From IMG/VR virus record IMGVR_UViG_3300030098_005334, positions 1-62,765 of that record: a DNA stretch of 62,765 bases. One strand, written 5' to 3'. Numbering within the stretch: position 1 is the first letter of the stretch; each line of letters opens with the position of its first letter. Below, in pieces: positions 55,249 to 62,765 of this stretch. Made by a program: the position numbers and the translations under genes. The notes below the pieces were generated by a model. That model saw nothing but the letters and a program-made list of their open reading frames with translations. It was not told the origin of the DNA and made no database searches. The DNA comes from a virus (lineage: Duplodnaviria > Caudoviricetes).

Positions 55249-55925
55249 GCGCGATAGGCACTTTGAGCTTGTGCGTAGTCTCTAGCTTCTTTATACCTAC
55301 GGAACTGCTCTTTTTGCAAGTCTGTTGCTCGTACTTCCTGACCTTCAACTCGACGTGTTGCTCTTGTCTCCGCACCAGTTGTGGAAATTCGTCCTCTATC
55401 TTCCTGACCTTCAACTCGACGTGTTGCTCTTGTCTCCGCGCCAGTTGTGGAAATTCGGCCTCTATCTTCTTGCCCTTTAACTCTTTCTTTTGCCATATCA
55501 AAAAGACCACCTACAGCTTGACCTGCTCTTGCTTCTTGACCTTCGACTCGACGTGTTGCTCTTAGTTGTGATCCTTCTTCAGCAGCCTCTGATCTACGTT
55601 CTTGACCCTCGACTCTTCTAAGTGCTCTTTGTTGGTTACCTGTCTCCGCTAATGTAGCTCTTTCCTCTTGACCTTCAGTTCTTTGTGTTAAACGTGTCTC
55701 ATCACCTAAACTTTGTTGTTTTCTAATATCTTCTGTAGTGTAGAATTGCTTATTATAACGATCTAATTCTGCTGCATATTCTGAATTTATCTGAGCTTGT
55801 TTTGCTGCAGCTTCATTTAAAACTACCTGACCTGTAGCACTCTCATCAGGGATGATTACCTGCTTTGGAGGTAATGTATTTTGTAAGTTCTCCATGGTTT
55901 GAGAACTGCTTCCACCGCCACCCAT
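55245..55925 (-). CDS. Repeat-rich protein (11/22-aa repeats), probable internal virion protein
   Basis: Recurrent RATRRVEGQE units. Confidence 0.65.
   Translation of the reverse strand: MGGGGSSSQTMENLQNTLPPKQVIIPDESATGQVVLNEAAAKQAQINSEYAAELDRYNKQFYTTEDIRKQQSLGDETRLTQRTEGQEERATLAETGNQQRALRRVEGQERRSEAAEEGSQLRATRRVEGQEARAGQAVGGLFDMAKERVKGQEDRGRISTTGAETRATRRVEGQEDRGRISTTGAETRATRRVEGQEVRATDLQKEQFRRYKEARDYAQAQSAYRA
55334..55469. repeat. 66-bp tandem repeat: two near-identical copies plus degenerate copies to about 55700
   Basis: CTTCCTGACCTTCAACTCGACGTGTTGCTCTTGTCTCCGC.CCAGTTGTGGAAATTCG starting at 55334 and 55400. Confidence 0.9.
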
Positions 55926-55937
55926 AATTAAAACCTC

Positions 55938-56435
55938 CTAAACAATGTTACTTTGTAATTGCAAAGCACCAAATTGGTTAGCAGCTTGTTGTGCTGCTGC
56001 TTGTGCAAGTTTCATATCAGCACCTGCTTTTAAAGCGGAATTTATTTGTTTTTGTCTATTTGGATCTAGATTTTGAGAAAATAACATGCCCTCTCTTGTT
56101 CTTTGTAAATTTCTTTCTATAAATGGATCTAAAGCTTGTGCTGTCATTGCTATCTGTTGTCCCTGATTAAAAAGACTTTGATTTCTCATATCCTGAGTGA
56201 ATCCCATAATATTTTGTCCAGTATCATAAAAACTTCCTAATGGAGATTGAGCAGAAGCTCCAGCTCCTGTATAAACAACAGGTGCAGCAACAGTTCCGCC
56301 TAGTATCGAATCTGGTGCAAAGACTTGTGAATAACTAGGTAAACCCACAGTCGAAGATCTCACAGGACCCCTGTTTTGCAGGGTATTGAAAGCTCTTGCA
56401 AATTCAATCGCGTTTTGTGGAGTAAAACTTGCCAT
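55938..56435 (-). CDS. Ala/Gln-rich putative ejection protein
   Basis: Composition and context. Confidence 0.55.
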   Translation of the reverse strand: MASFTPQNAIEFARAFNTLQNRGPVRSSTVGLPSYSQVFAPDSILGGTVAAPVVYTGAGASAQSPLGSFYDTGQNIMGFTQDMRNQSLFNQGQQIAMTAQALDPFIERNLQRTREGMLFSQNLDPNRQKQINSALKAGADMKLAQAAAQQAANQFGALQLQSNIV

Positions 56436-56438
56436 TGA

Positions 56439-57275
56439 TTAGTAATTGTACTGAGTCTGTAGAGCATTAGTTGCACCCACCATACCTTGGGTAGCCAATG
56501 CATTTACAGCATTCTGTGCTCTAATAAGCTGTTCTACATTTGCTTGTATATTAGCTTTAACACCTTCTGCTGCCAATCCTCTTTGTAAATCTCTTTGCTT
56601 GGCTCTATCTGAGAATTTCTCAACAGTTGGGAGTATCGTATTTAAATTATCCCTTAAAGTTTCTCCTTCTTTTCTCTGCATTAGGCGTCGAGCTGAATCT
56701 CTACCTCTTGGATCAATAACACCTAATGGATCAGAGCCGATAGGTGCAATTCCACCATACTGACCTATGCCTTGTGCAACAGGTTGTAAATATCCTGTCT
56801 CACCACTAGGCATACCATATCCAATAGTTCCTGCTAAAGCTTGTGGTATTCCAGCACCACTCACACCTCGTTGTGCTCCCATTGAACCAGCACCCATCGT
56901 CTGAGGAACTCCGACATTACCTGAAAGAAGAGCACCACCGCCTAATAAACCTGCTCCTAGACTTGGAAGAGCAGGCGCTATATTAGCAATACCTTGTTTG
57001 GCTAAAAGTGCTTGAGCTGCTGTGTTTCCCCCAGCTGCTGCATTTCTTAATTGCATTAGCATTTGAGGATTGAGTCCAGTACCTAATTTTGCGGCTTGCC
57101 CTGCTGCGAGACTTCCTGCAAATCTACCTGCTTGTCCAAGACCTGAGGCACCTAAAGCACCCATTCCAGCACCTAAGGCTGCTTCGCCTAAATTTCCACC
57201 GCTTCTACGATATCCTTGTATTCCACCTAAAACGGAACCACCAACAGCTAAGGCAGGTAATATAGGGAGTGGCAT
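56439..57275 (-). CDS. Gly/Ala-rich putative ejection (pilot) protein
   Basis: Glycine-zipper N-terminus. Confidence 0.6.
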   Translation of the reverse strand: MPLPILPALAVGGSVLGGIQGYRRSGGNLGEAALGAGMGALGASGLGQAGRFAGSLAAGQAAKLGTGLNPQMLMQLRNAAAGGNTAAQALLAKQGIANIAPALPSLGAGLLGGGALLSGNVGVPQTMGAGSMGAQRGVSGAGIPQALAGTIGYGMPSGETGYLQPVAQGIGQYGGIAPIGSDPLGVIDPRGRDSARRLMQRKEGETLRDNLNTILPTVEKFSDRAKQRDLQRGLAAEGVKANIQANVEQLIRAQNAVNALATQGMVGATNALQTQYNY

Positions 57276-57328
57276 CTTTAATTACACCTAAAAATCTTAT
57301 ATAACTTTTATTTTAAATTGTCTACTTC

Positions 57329-57838
57329 TTAGCTAAGGAAACCACTTAAGAAACCAAGACCAGCACCAACCGCAGCTCCATGTGGACCAAGAGCACCTCC
57401 AGCTTGAGCACCAGCTAACGCACCACTTGCGGCACCGCCTAACCCACTCCTGAATCTGTCTCCTGAACTCCTCTTCCCCCCATATCCCCCAACACCTCCA
57501 TAACCACCTGCACCTGGCGGCAAAATAAATGTAGAACCACCGTACCCTGGAGTTCCACCTAAGGCTTGTGAAAAACCAGCACTACCCGCAAAATCTGAAC
57601 CACCGTAACCACCAAATCCCCTTGATTGTGGATAACCACGATCTCTATTTACAATCATATCTGCTGCGCCTAAAAATTTACCAAAAGTATCTAAACCATT
57701 TCCATCTTTATCTCCCCCTCTTCCTCTATTGAAAAGACTTAAAAAATCTGGACCTTTTGATTTTTTAGGGGCAAAAGCACCTGTTCCAAAAGGAGATCCT
57801 GCCATTCGAGCTGCATTGACTGTTGAATCATATGCCAT
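57329..57838 (-). CDS. Gly-rich glycine-zipper protein
   Basis: GGAASGALAGAQAG...GAAVGAGLGFL. Confidence 0.6.
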   Translation of the reverse strand: MAYDSTVNAARMAGSPFGTGAFAPKKSKGPDFLSLFNRGRGGDKDGNGLDTFGKFLGAADMIVNRDRGYPQSRGFGGYGGSDFAGSAGFSQALGGTPGYGGSTFILPPGAGGYGGVGGYGGKRSSGDRFRSGLGGAASGALAGAQAGGALGPHGAAVGAGLGFLSGFLS

Positions 57839-57840
57839 GA

Positions 57841-58542
57841 TTACAACCTGACTCCTGTTCCGAAGATTGATCTAGCTATATCTTTCTCTATACCTAACAT
57901 CCCTTGTCTATCTAACGCTTCAGCCTGAAGTATGTCTAAATAATTTTGAGCAGGGCTTGCTACATTAGCTGCTTGAGCTGCTTGCTTACGTTCAAAATCG
58001 AATTCAGCAGCCATCTGCTTACGTCTAAAATCTGCGTTGTTTTGATATTCGCGAGTCTTAGCTTTCTGTATCTCTAAATCTATTGCATGTTGATATTTCA
58101 TCCTCTCTATTGATTCATCGTTTCTAGCTTTAGTATTAGCCGCTAAAACATTTTGATTTACAACTGGGACTTTATACTTGCTACTTGGTTTCCCTCCAAA
58201 AATATAATCTAGTGTGGTACCACCAACAGCCAATCCTGCAAAGGGCGCAATTGCTTTTGCGTAAATTGCAGCTTGTGAAGGATCTTCAACAAGCGGACCA
58301 ACAACTGATTGTACTCCAAAACCTTCGGGTAAATCTTCACGACTAAATCTAGGTGTTAAATTTTTTGTTGCTTCTTTATACTCTTGCTTAGATTGATCCT
58401 CTTTCATTCTTGTGTCTTCACGTGGTCCTATAAAATCGTCTTGTCCTTCTTTTGTAAGTGAATCTAAAAGGTAATCTCCTGCTAAACGTCCAACAAGATC
58501 AATTCCTGTTTTCGTTAATATTTTTTGTAATTCTTTATTCAT
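57841..58542 (-). CDS. Hypothetical protein, possibly internal virion
   Basis: 233-aa ORF in operon. Confidence 0.6.
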   Translation of the reverse strand: MNKELQKILTKTGIDLVGRLAGDYLLDSLTKEGQDDFIGPREDTRMKEDQSKQEYKEATKNLTPRFSREDLPEGFGVQSVVGPLVEDPSQAAIYAKAIAPFAGLAVGGTTLDYIFGGKPSSKYKVPVVNQNVLAANTKARNDESIERMKYQHAIDLEIQKAKTREYQNNADFRRKQMAAEFDFERKQAAQAANVASPAQNYLDILQAEALDRQGMLGIEKDIARSIFGTGVRL

Positions 58543-58544
58543 AG

Positions 58545-58976
58545 TTAGACGCTAACTCCTTTTGAGGGCGTAATACCAGCCACATCATCCATTTTACCTG
58601 CACTGTTTTCAGTAGCAGATTCAAAAGCTATCCTTGGCACTGTTAAATTACTTATCTTCTTTTCTTGGTCTACAAAGTTAGAAAAAGCATACTTACTCAT
58701 CCAGTTATCTACTTGAATATTATCAAATGGAAGATCAAATTTTGCAAAGGGAGTAGCCGCTAAATCATTAAACTTTAATTCAGAATTTAAAGCAGTTTCA
58801 TCATTAAAACTTCTTGCAGTATCTAAAAACGCCTCATCTTGAAAATCAGTCTGTGCAGCCTCGAAAGGATTCTTTTCGACTGGATCAAAAGGACTCTTTG
58901 GCCTAAGAGTATTGACATTTGCATTCGGCGTACCGAGCTTGTCTTTTATGTCCTTTAGACGTCTAATTTGTACCAT
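58545..58976 (-). CDS. Hypothetical protein
   Basis: 143-aa ORF. Confidence 0.6.
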   Translation of the reverse strand: MVQIRRLKDIKDKLGTPNANVNTLRPKSPFDPVEKNPFEAAQTDFQDEAFLDTARSFNDETALNSELKFNDLAATPFAKFDLPFDNIQVDNWMSKYAFSNFVDQEKKISNLTVPRIAFESATENSAGKMDDVAGITPSKGVSV

Positions 58977-58978
58977 GC

Positions 58979-59371
58979 TTATGCGTTATCTAAAACTCCT
59001 TTCACAATTATAGAAACCTTCCTCTTTAGTTCTGGAGGAAAAATAGTATTTTCTAATTGTCTCACTTTCTCCGCCGCCACCGTAGGCTTCCAAGCATCCG
59101 ACATATGTTTTGCGATCTTCTTAATCTCTTCTTGAGTTAGTTTGCCGTCAGACACTGCTTCGACACTTAACTCGAACGCTTTCTCCACCTGAGATCCATT
59201 CCACATCTGGATGTTCTTATCCAAGACCGGATCAATTAAATCAAAGGCTTTCTTTACAAGATCACCATTAGCAATTAGGGCTCTACCAGCAAGAGTCGCT
59301 TTTAAAGCAACTGCTAAGGCAGTAACAGCTGAACCAATGACGGCAGCAATTGCAGCTTCTAAAAAAGACAT
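58979..59371 (-). CDS. Protein with N-terminal TM helix, possibly holin-like
   Basis: MSFLEAAIAAVIGSAVTALAVAL hydrophobic helix. Confidence 0.55.
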   Translation of the reverse strand: MSFLEAAIAAVIGSAVTALAVALKATLAGRALIANGDLVKKAFDLIDPVLDKNIQMWNGSQVEKAFELSVEAVSDGKLTQEEIKKIAKHMSDAWKPTVAAEKVRQLENTIFPPELKRKVSIIVKGVLDNA

Positions 59372-59406
59372 TGTTAAAAATTACTTAAATATAATTTATT
59401 ACTTCT

Positions 59407-60831
59407 TCACTCAGGATCTTTAGTACTTTCACGCTCATCTGCTATATCTTTAAACGCCTTTGCTTTTCTTATTGTTTCCTTGTATTTTGCAAATTTGCGA
59501 CGATCCTCTTGTCCTTTATCTGCAATCTCTTCAACGGCACGTCTTCCAAGTTTATCTGCAGTACGGGCGACTTTACCTATCGCTTGTAAACCACCAACTA
59601 TGGGATTATCTGATTGTTTTTCGGAAATAATGTCCCCTATAGCCCCTAAGTCAGTCTTTTTCATAGTGCCAGATCTATCAGGAGGAATCACCCCTCTTGG
59701 AGAGCGATCTTTAGGTTCTTCTCTCATACCTATTTCTTTTAAAGCTGGATCATTCTCAATCTCGGAAAGATCAACATCTGGGGTTTGCAAAATGGCTTGT
59801 TTATCCTCTTCTTCACCAGCGGCTATTAACGTCTTCATGCTGACAAGAGCATTATCATCTCTTCTCTGCCCTATATCACTTATCTCTGGGGTTTTTTTTT
59901 CTGGTAAATTTTTCTTTGTCTTATTAACGAATGAAACTATCTTATCAGTTAAAGGAGTATCATCACTCATCATATCCATCAATGTTGTTTCTTCAGGAGG
60001 ATTAGTTTTTCCTCCAAAAGTTGCTCTTAATGGTGAATCATAAGGGAGCATCTGAGAGTTCTCAATATGCTGTTGTTGACGCATCTTTCTTGCGGTTTCA
60101 TCTGCCTGAACCGTTGGAGAAGCAGGCATATTTTCAGCGGCGGCAATATCTGCAGCATCTTTATCAGATATTTGATATTCAGGAGTATTATCAGCCTTCG
60201 CAGCTGCAAGATTAGCTGCTTGATCGCCATACCTTAAAGCTTGTGAAAACTCACTGCCCCCAAGCCTAGCCATTCTTGGTTTTCTACCTATTCCTGTTGC
60301 ACTTGCTAATGAGTGTGGTCCAATAGTCGCATCATATTGATTGTATTCTGTAGGATTTGGTCCTATTCCTGCTAAATATTGATCAGTTTGTGTAGTAATT
60401 GATGGAGCAACACTCTTACTTACTGGTGCTGACCCCTCATCTGGATCTTGACCCGTATAATTTTCACCTCCGGTGGTATATGCATCGTCAAAAGTGGTTT
60501 GAGTTGTTTTTCTAGACTCTTTTCCAACTGTAGTTTGGTTATTTGTAACGGCTTGACGGTAATTATCGGAAGGTTTGTTAAATAAACTGTTCGCAACACC
60601 AACTGCTACGCCTGCACCACCCAAAACAGCTAATCCACGACCTACCGCACTCAATCCTTGGCGTATTCCACTAGGTCTACCTCCTATTTGACGGGTAAAA
60701 GTATAAACTTCAGGTGCCATTTGCATCCTTTCCTGTGCATTTCTTGGCAAAGGTGCTCCAGTTGCTTGAGAATATAGAACAAAGTCCTGATATGAGACGG
60801 GCATATCCCTAGTTTTCGCAGATATATTCAT
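59407..60831 (-). CDS. Large low-complexity hypothetical protein (start probably 60804)
   Basis: 474-aa ORF with one hydrophobic segment. Confidence 0.6.
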   Translation of the reverse strand: MNISAKTRDMPVSYQDFVLYSQATGAPLPRNAQERMQMAPEVYTFTRQIGGRPSGIRQGLSAVGRGLAVLGGAGVAVGVANSLFNKPSDNYRQAVTNNQTTVGKESRKTTQTTFDDAYTTGGENYTGQDPDEGSAPVSKSVAPSITTQTDQYLAGIGPNPTEYNQYDATIGPHSLASATGIGRKPRMARLGGSEFSQALRYGDQAANLAAAKADNTPEYQISDKDAADIAAAENMPASPTVQADETARKMRQQQHIENSQMLPYDSPLRATFGGKTNPPEETTLMDMMSDDTPLTDKIVSFVNKTKKNLPEKKTPEISDIGQRRDDNALVSMKTLIAAGEEEDKQAILQTPDVDLSEIENDPALKEIGMREEPKDRSPRGVIPPDRSGTMKKTDLGAIGDIISEKQSDNPIVGGLQAIGKVARTADKLGRRAVEEIADKGQEDRRKFAKYKETIRKAKAFKDIADERESTKDPE

Positions 60832-61017
60832 TTAATTTTAAATTCTCTATATTTACAAGGGTGTTCGTCCCCTAAAACGCCTTAAAAAAGGCCAAAATGG
60901 GGCAAAAAAAAATGGTAGGTATCTGGCGCCGCCTGTCCTCAGTTCTTCGCGGAAACAAAAAAAAGAAATGTGACATATGATACATATTTAGGTCAAATTA
61001 TATACATTTAGCAGCCT

Positions 61018-61090
61018 TTTTCCACAGAAAATGTGGATAAAATGAACCTTTTTTTCACATAGTTTTACACATGTGGATAACTTTTCCACA
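61018..61090. promoter_or_regulatory. Cluster of six DnaA boxes
   Basis: TTTTCCACA 61018, TGTGGATAA 61032, TTTTTCACA 61051, TTTTACACA 61063, TGTGGATAA 61072, TTTTCCACA 61082; all fit TTWTNCACA on one strand or the other. Confidence 0.75.
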
Positions 61091-61643
61091 AGCCTGGAAT
61101 TGTCTACTACTTGTAGTTATATGTATTGAATACGTCTCGACTCAGTTGCTATGACGTTTTAAAACGATTACCTACTAATAGTTGCCGTTAAATTAAGCCG
61201 CTTTGTCCAAATTTTGTGTCCAGTTCTTTTATATATCGCTTAAATCCATTGCTATGACTGACTTATTTTTCTTTGCGTAACTGTGTGTCAGACAGTTATG
61301 CAGTATATTTTCTCCAAATTGTTTCAATTTATGTAAATTAGTTGTATTTTTGCTCAAAATGTGGTTTTTTATATAGCTTTTTCTCCCCTTATTCTTTCCC
61401 ATATCTATATATAAAGAACACTCAAGCAAGGCCAGAAGGCCAAATATTCAGTAAACGTAGTTATAGCAAGCGATGGAGAGGACGTGGAAAACTCCCAGAA
61501 AACCATTTGTGACGTTTTATACATCAATACAACAGTATGTAACAAACTTATTAATTCTCTCACTACTTACATAAGTCCGATGATATATTATTCACATCGG
61601 CAAACAAGCCGCACTTTAAACCTTCTATTAAAGGTCAACAAAC

Positions 61644-61862
61644 ATGAGTAAAAAGATTAAGCACGAGGCCGATTGGGTCAACAAAGCTTTAGACCTGACA
61701 CTTTATCCAGTTAACGAACAGGGTAGACACTGGACTATTTTTAAGGATGAAACAAGAACGTCAAGGGTAGCGAGTATGCTTACAGCATCGGAGGTATTAG
61801 CTACTTTACAAACTATCTATAAGCTACAAAGCTGCGGTCTTATTCAAGGGGTAGAGGTGTAA
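61644..61862 (+). CDS. Early hypothetical protein
   Basis: First ORF after the non-coding region; AAGG RBS. Confidence 0.6.
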   Translation: MSKKIKHEADWVNKALDLTLYPVNEQGRHWTIFKDETRTSRVASMLTASEVLATLQTIYKLQSCGLIQGVEV

Positions 61863-61864
61863 TC

Positions 61865-62167
61865 ATGGCTAATGACTTAGTAAAAACCTACGCTGACCAG
61901 TTGGTGGAGGCGTTAAACAATCACCCAAAATCTTACCGTAAATTTGGTTTAACTATAGGTAGGAGGTACATAAAGATAGGTGAATTATACGAGGGCAAGT
62001 TGGGAAGTGCTGAAGCCTTTGTAGATAAAACTACGGGTGACGTTTACAAGCCTGCCTCGTGGTCTAAGCCTGCCGAGCATGTACGCTATAACTTATTAGA
62101 TCAAAAATCTAGAGAACTATGCATGAAAAATGCTGACCCTTACGGTTCTTATCTTTACCTAAGGTAA
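61865..62167 (+). CDS. Conserved phage early protein
   Basis: AFVDKTTGDVYKPASW..PA.HVRYNL...AD..GSYLY motif common in cyanophages. Confidence 0.75.
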   Translation: MANDLVKTYADQLVEALNNHPKSYRKFGLTIGRRYIKIGELYEGKLGSAEAFVDKTTGDVYKPASWSKPAEHVRYNLLDQKSRELCMKNADPYGSYLYLR

Positions 62168-62204
62168 GACCACACCCTAAAAATTTATTTCATCATTCTA
62201 TCTA

Positions 62205-62765
62205 ATGACTAATCTAGCAAGGGACTTGAGCCTATTCCGTAAGGAATACAAGTTCAACAGTTCTAATCTACTAACTCTCACAAATCCTAAGGTCTTAAAG
62301 TCCGAGAGTATCGCACCAACTGCGGTGTTACATATGTTACCAACTAAAGCGGCCTGTCCTGCGGCTGGTACATGTGCACTAGTGTGCTTGAATACTGCGG
62401 GTAACCCTGCCTATTTAAAAGGTAAGCTTGCATGTAGAGCACGTAGGGATAAAGCTTTTAGGGACTCCCCTAACAAGTTTTTAAGACTGCTAACTATCGA
62501 AGTGATGCGATTCTACTCCAAAAATAGAGCCCATGACCTACTAGGGTTACGGCTCAATGGGACTAGTGACTATCATTGGGAGTCTATTGCGGTCACTATT
62601 ACAGAGGATGACAGTAAATTTATCCTCAAAAAATTCAATATCAATGTTAATTCAGGTCGCTATGACTCAATCTTATTAGCTATTACTAACGCCTATGACT
62701 ATCTCAAAGAGTCAAGGGTAGGGGATACGCTTAAGCCCTATGACTACACAAAGAGAATTGATAGG
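62205..62765 (+). CDS. Gp88-like protein, truncated at window edge
   Basis: Manual translation: CPAAGTCALVCLNTAG...LRLNGTSD.HWE...YDYTK. Confidence 0.75.
   Translation, partial: MTNLARDLSLFRKEYKFNSSNLLTLTNPKVLKSESIAPTAVLHMLPTKAACPAAGTCALVCLNTAGNPAYLKGKLACRARRDKAFRDSPNKFLRLLTIEVMRFYSKNRAHDLLGLRLNGTSDYHWESIAVTITEDDSKFILKKFNINVNSGRYDSILLAITNAYDYLKESRVGDTLKPYDYTKRIDR

Noticed and set aside
55334-55700. CRISPR-like array
   Set aside because: Repeats are in-frame coding tandem units with no unique spacers
59480-60043. 187-aa + strand ORF and similar antisense ORFs (e.g. 34212, 38120, 40391, 25453)
   Set aside because: Antisense shadows of real genes, with Ser/Pro/Leu-rich composition and no RBS
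61229-61429. 66-aa ORF in the non-coding region
   Set aside because: TTG start, no RBS and AT-rich low-information sequence; probably spurious
1-62765. tRNA, rRNA, integrase or IS elements
   Set aside because: No cloverleaf/T-loop signatures or recombinase/transposase motifs recognised by eye; tRNAscan-SE would confirm

Overview
About 63 kb of an AT-rich marine cyanophage genome; the photosynthesis genes and hli cluster point to a Prochlorococcus/Synechococcus host. From left to right: (1) truncated psbA with a PhotoRC-II-like leader, two small genes (one DUF4278/YRG-type) and a Yfr2/Cyano-1-like sRNA; (2) a replication module with a T7-like family A DNA polymerase, tandem-OB SSB, Gp157-like protein, PD-(D/E)xK exonuclease and Prim-Pol/SF3 primase-helicase; (3) four hli genes and a psbN-like gene; (4) tail-fibre cassette 1; (5) a ~275-nt G-U-rich hairpin directly upstream of a tandem, apparently catalytically dead His-Me/HNH + HTH protein, followed by a second structured leader, a degenerate adenine methyltransferase, an Nmad1-like gene, a degenerate GH24 lysozyme and an HNH nuclease; (6) a cluster of signal-peptide proteins; (7) tail-fibre cassette 2 and the minus-strand head module (capsid, scaffold overprinted by the portal C-terminus, terminase) with Gly-rich putative ejection proteins; (8) an ~800-bp non-coding region with six DnaA boxes, then early genes including a truncated gp88-like gene. 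I saw no tRNA, CRISPR array, integrase, reverse transcriptase, phage RNA polymerase or tape-measure gene. All family assignments come from motif recognition by eye, not database searches.
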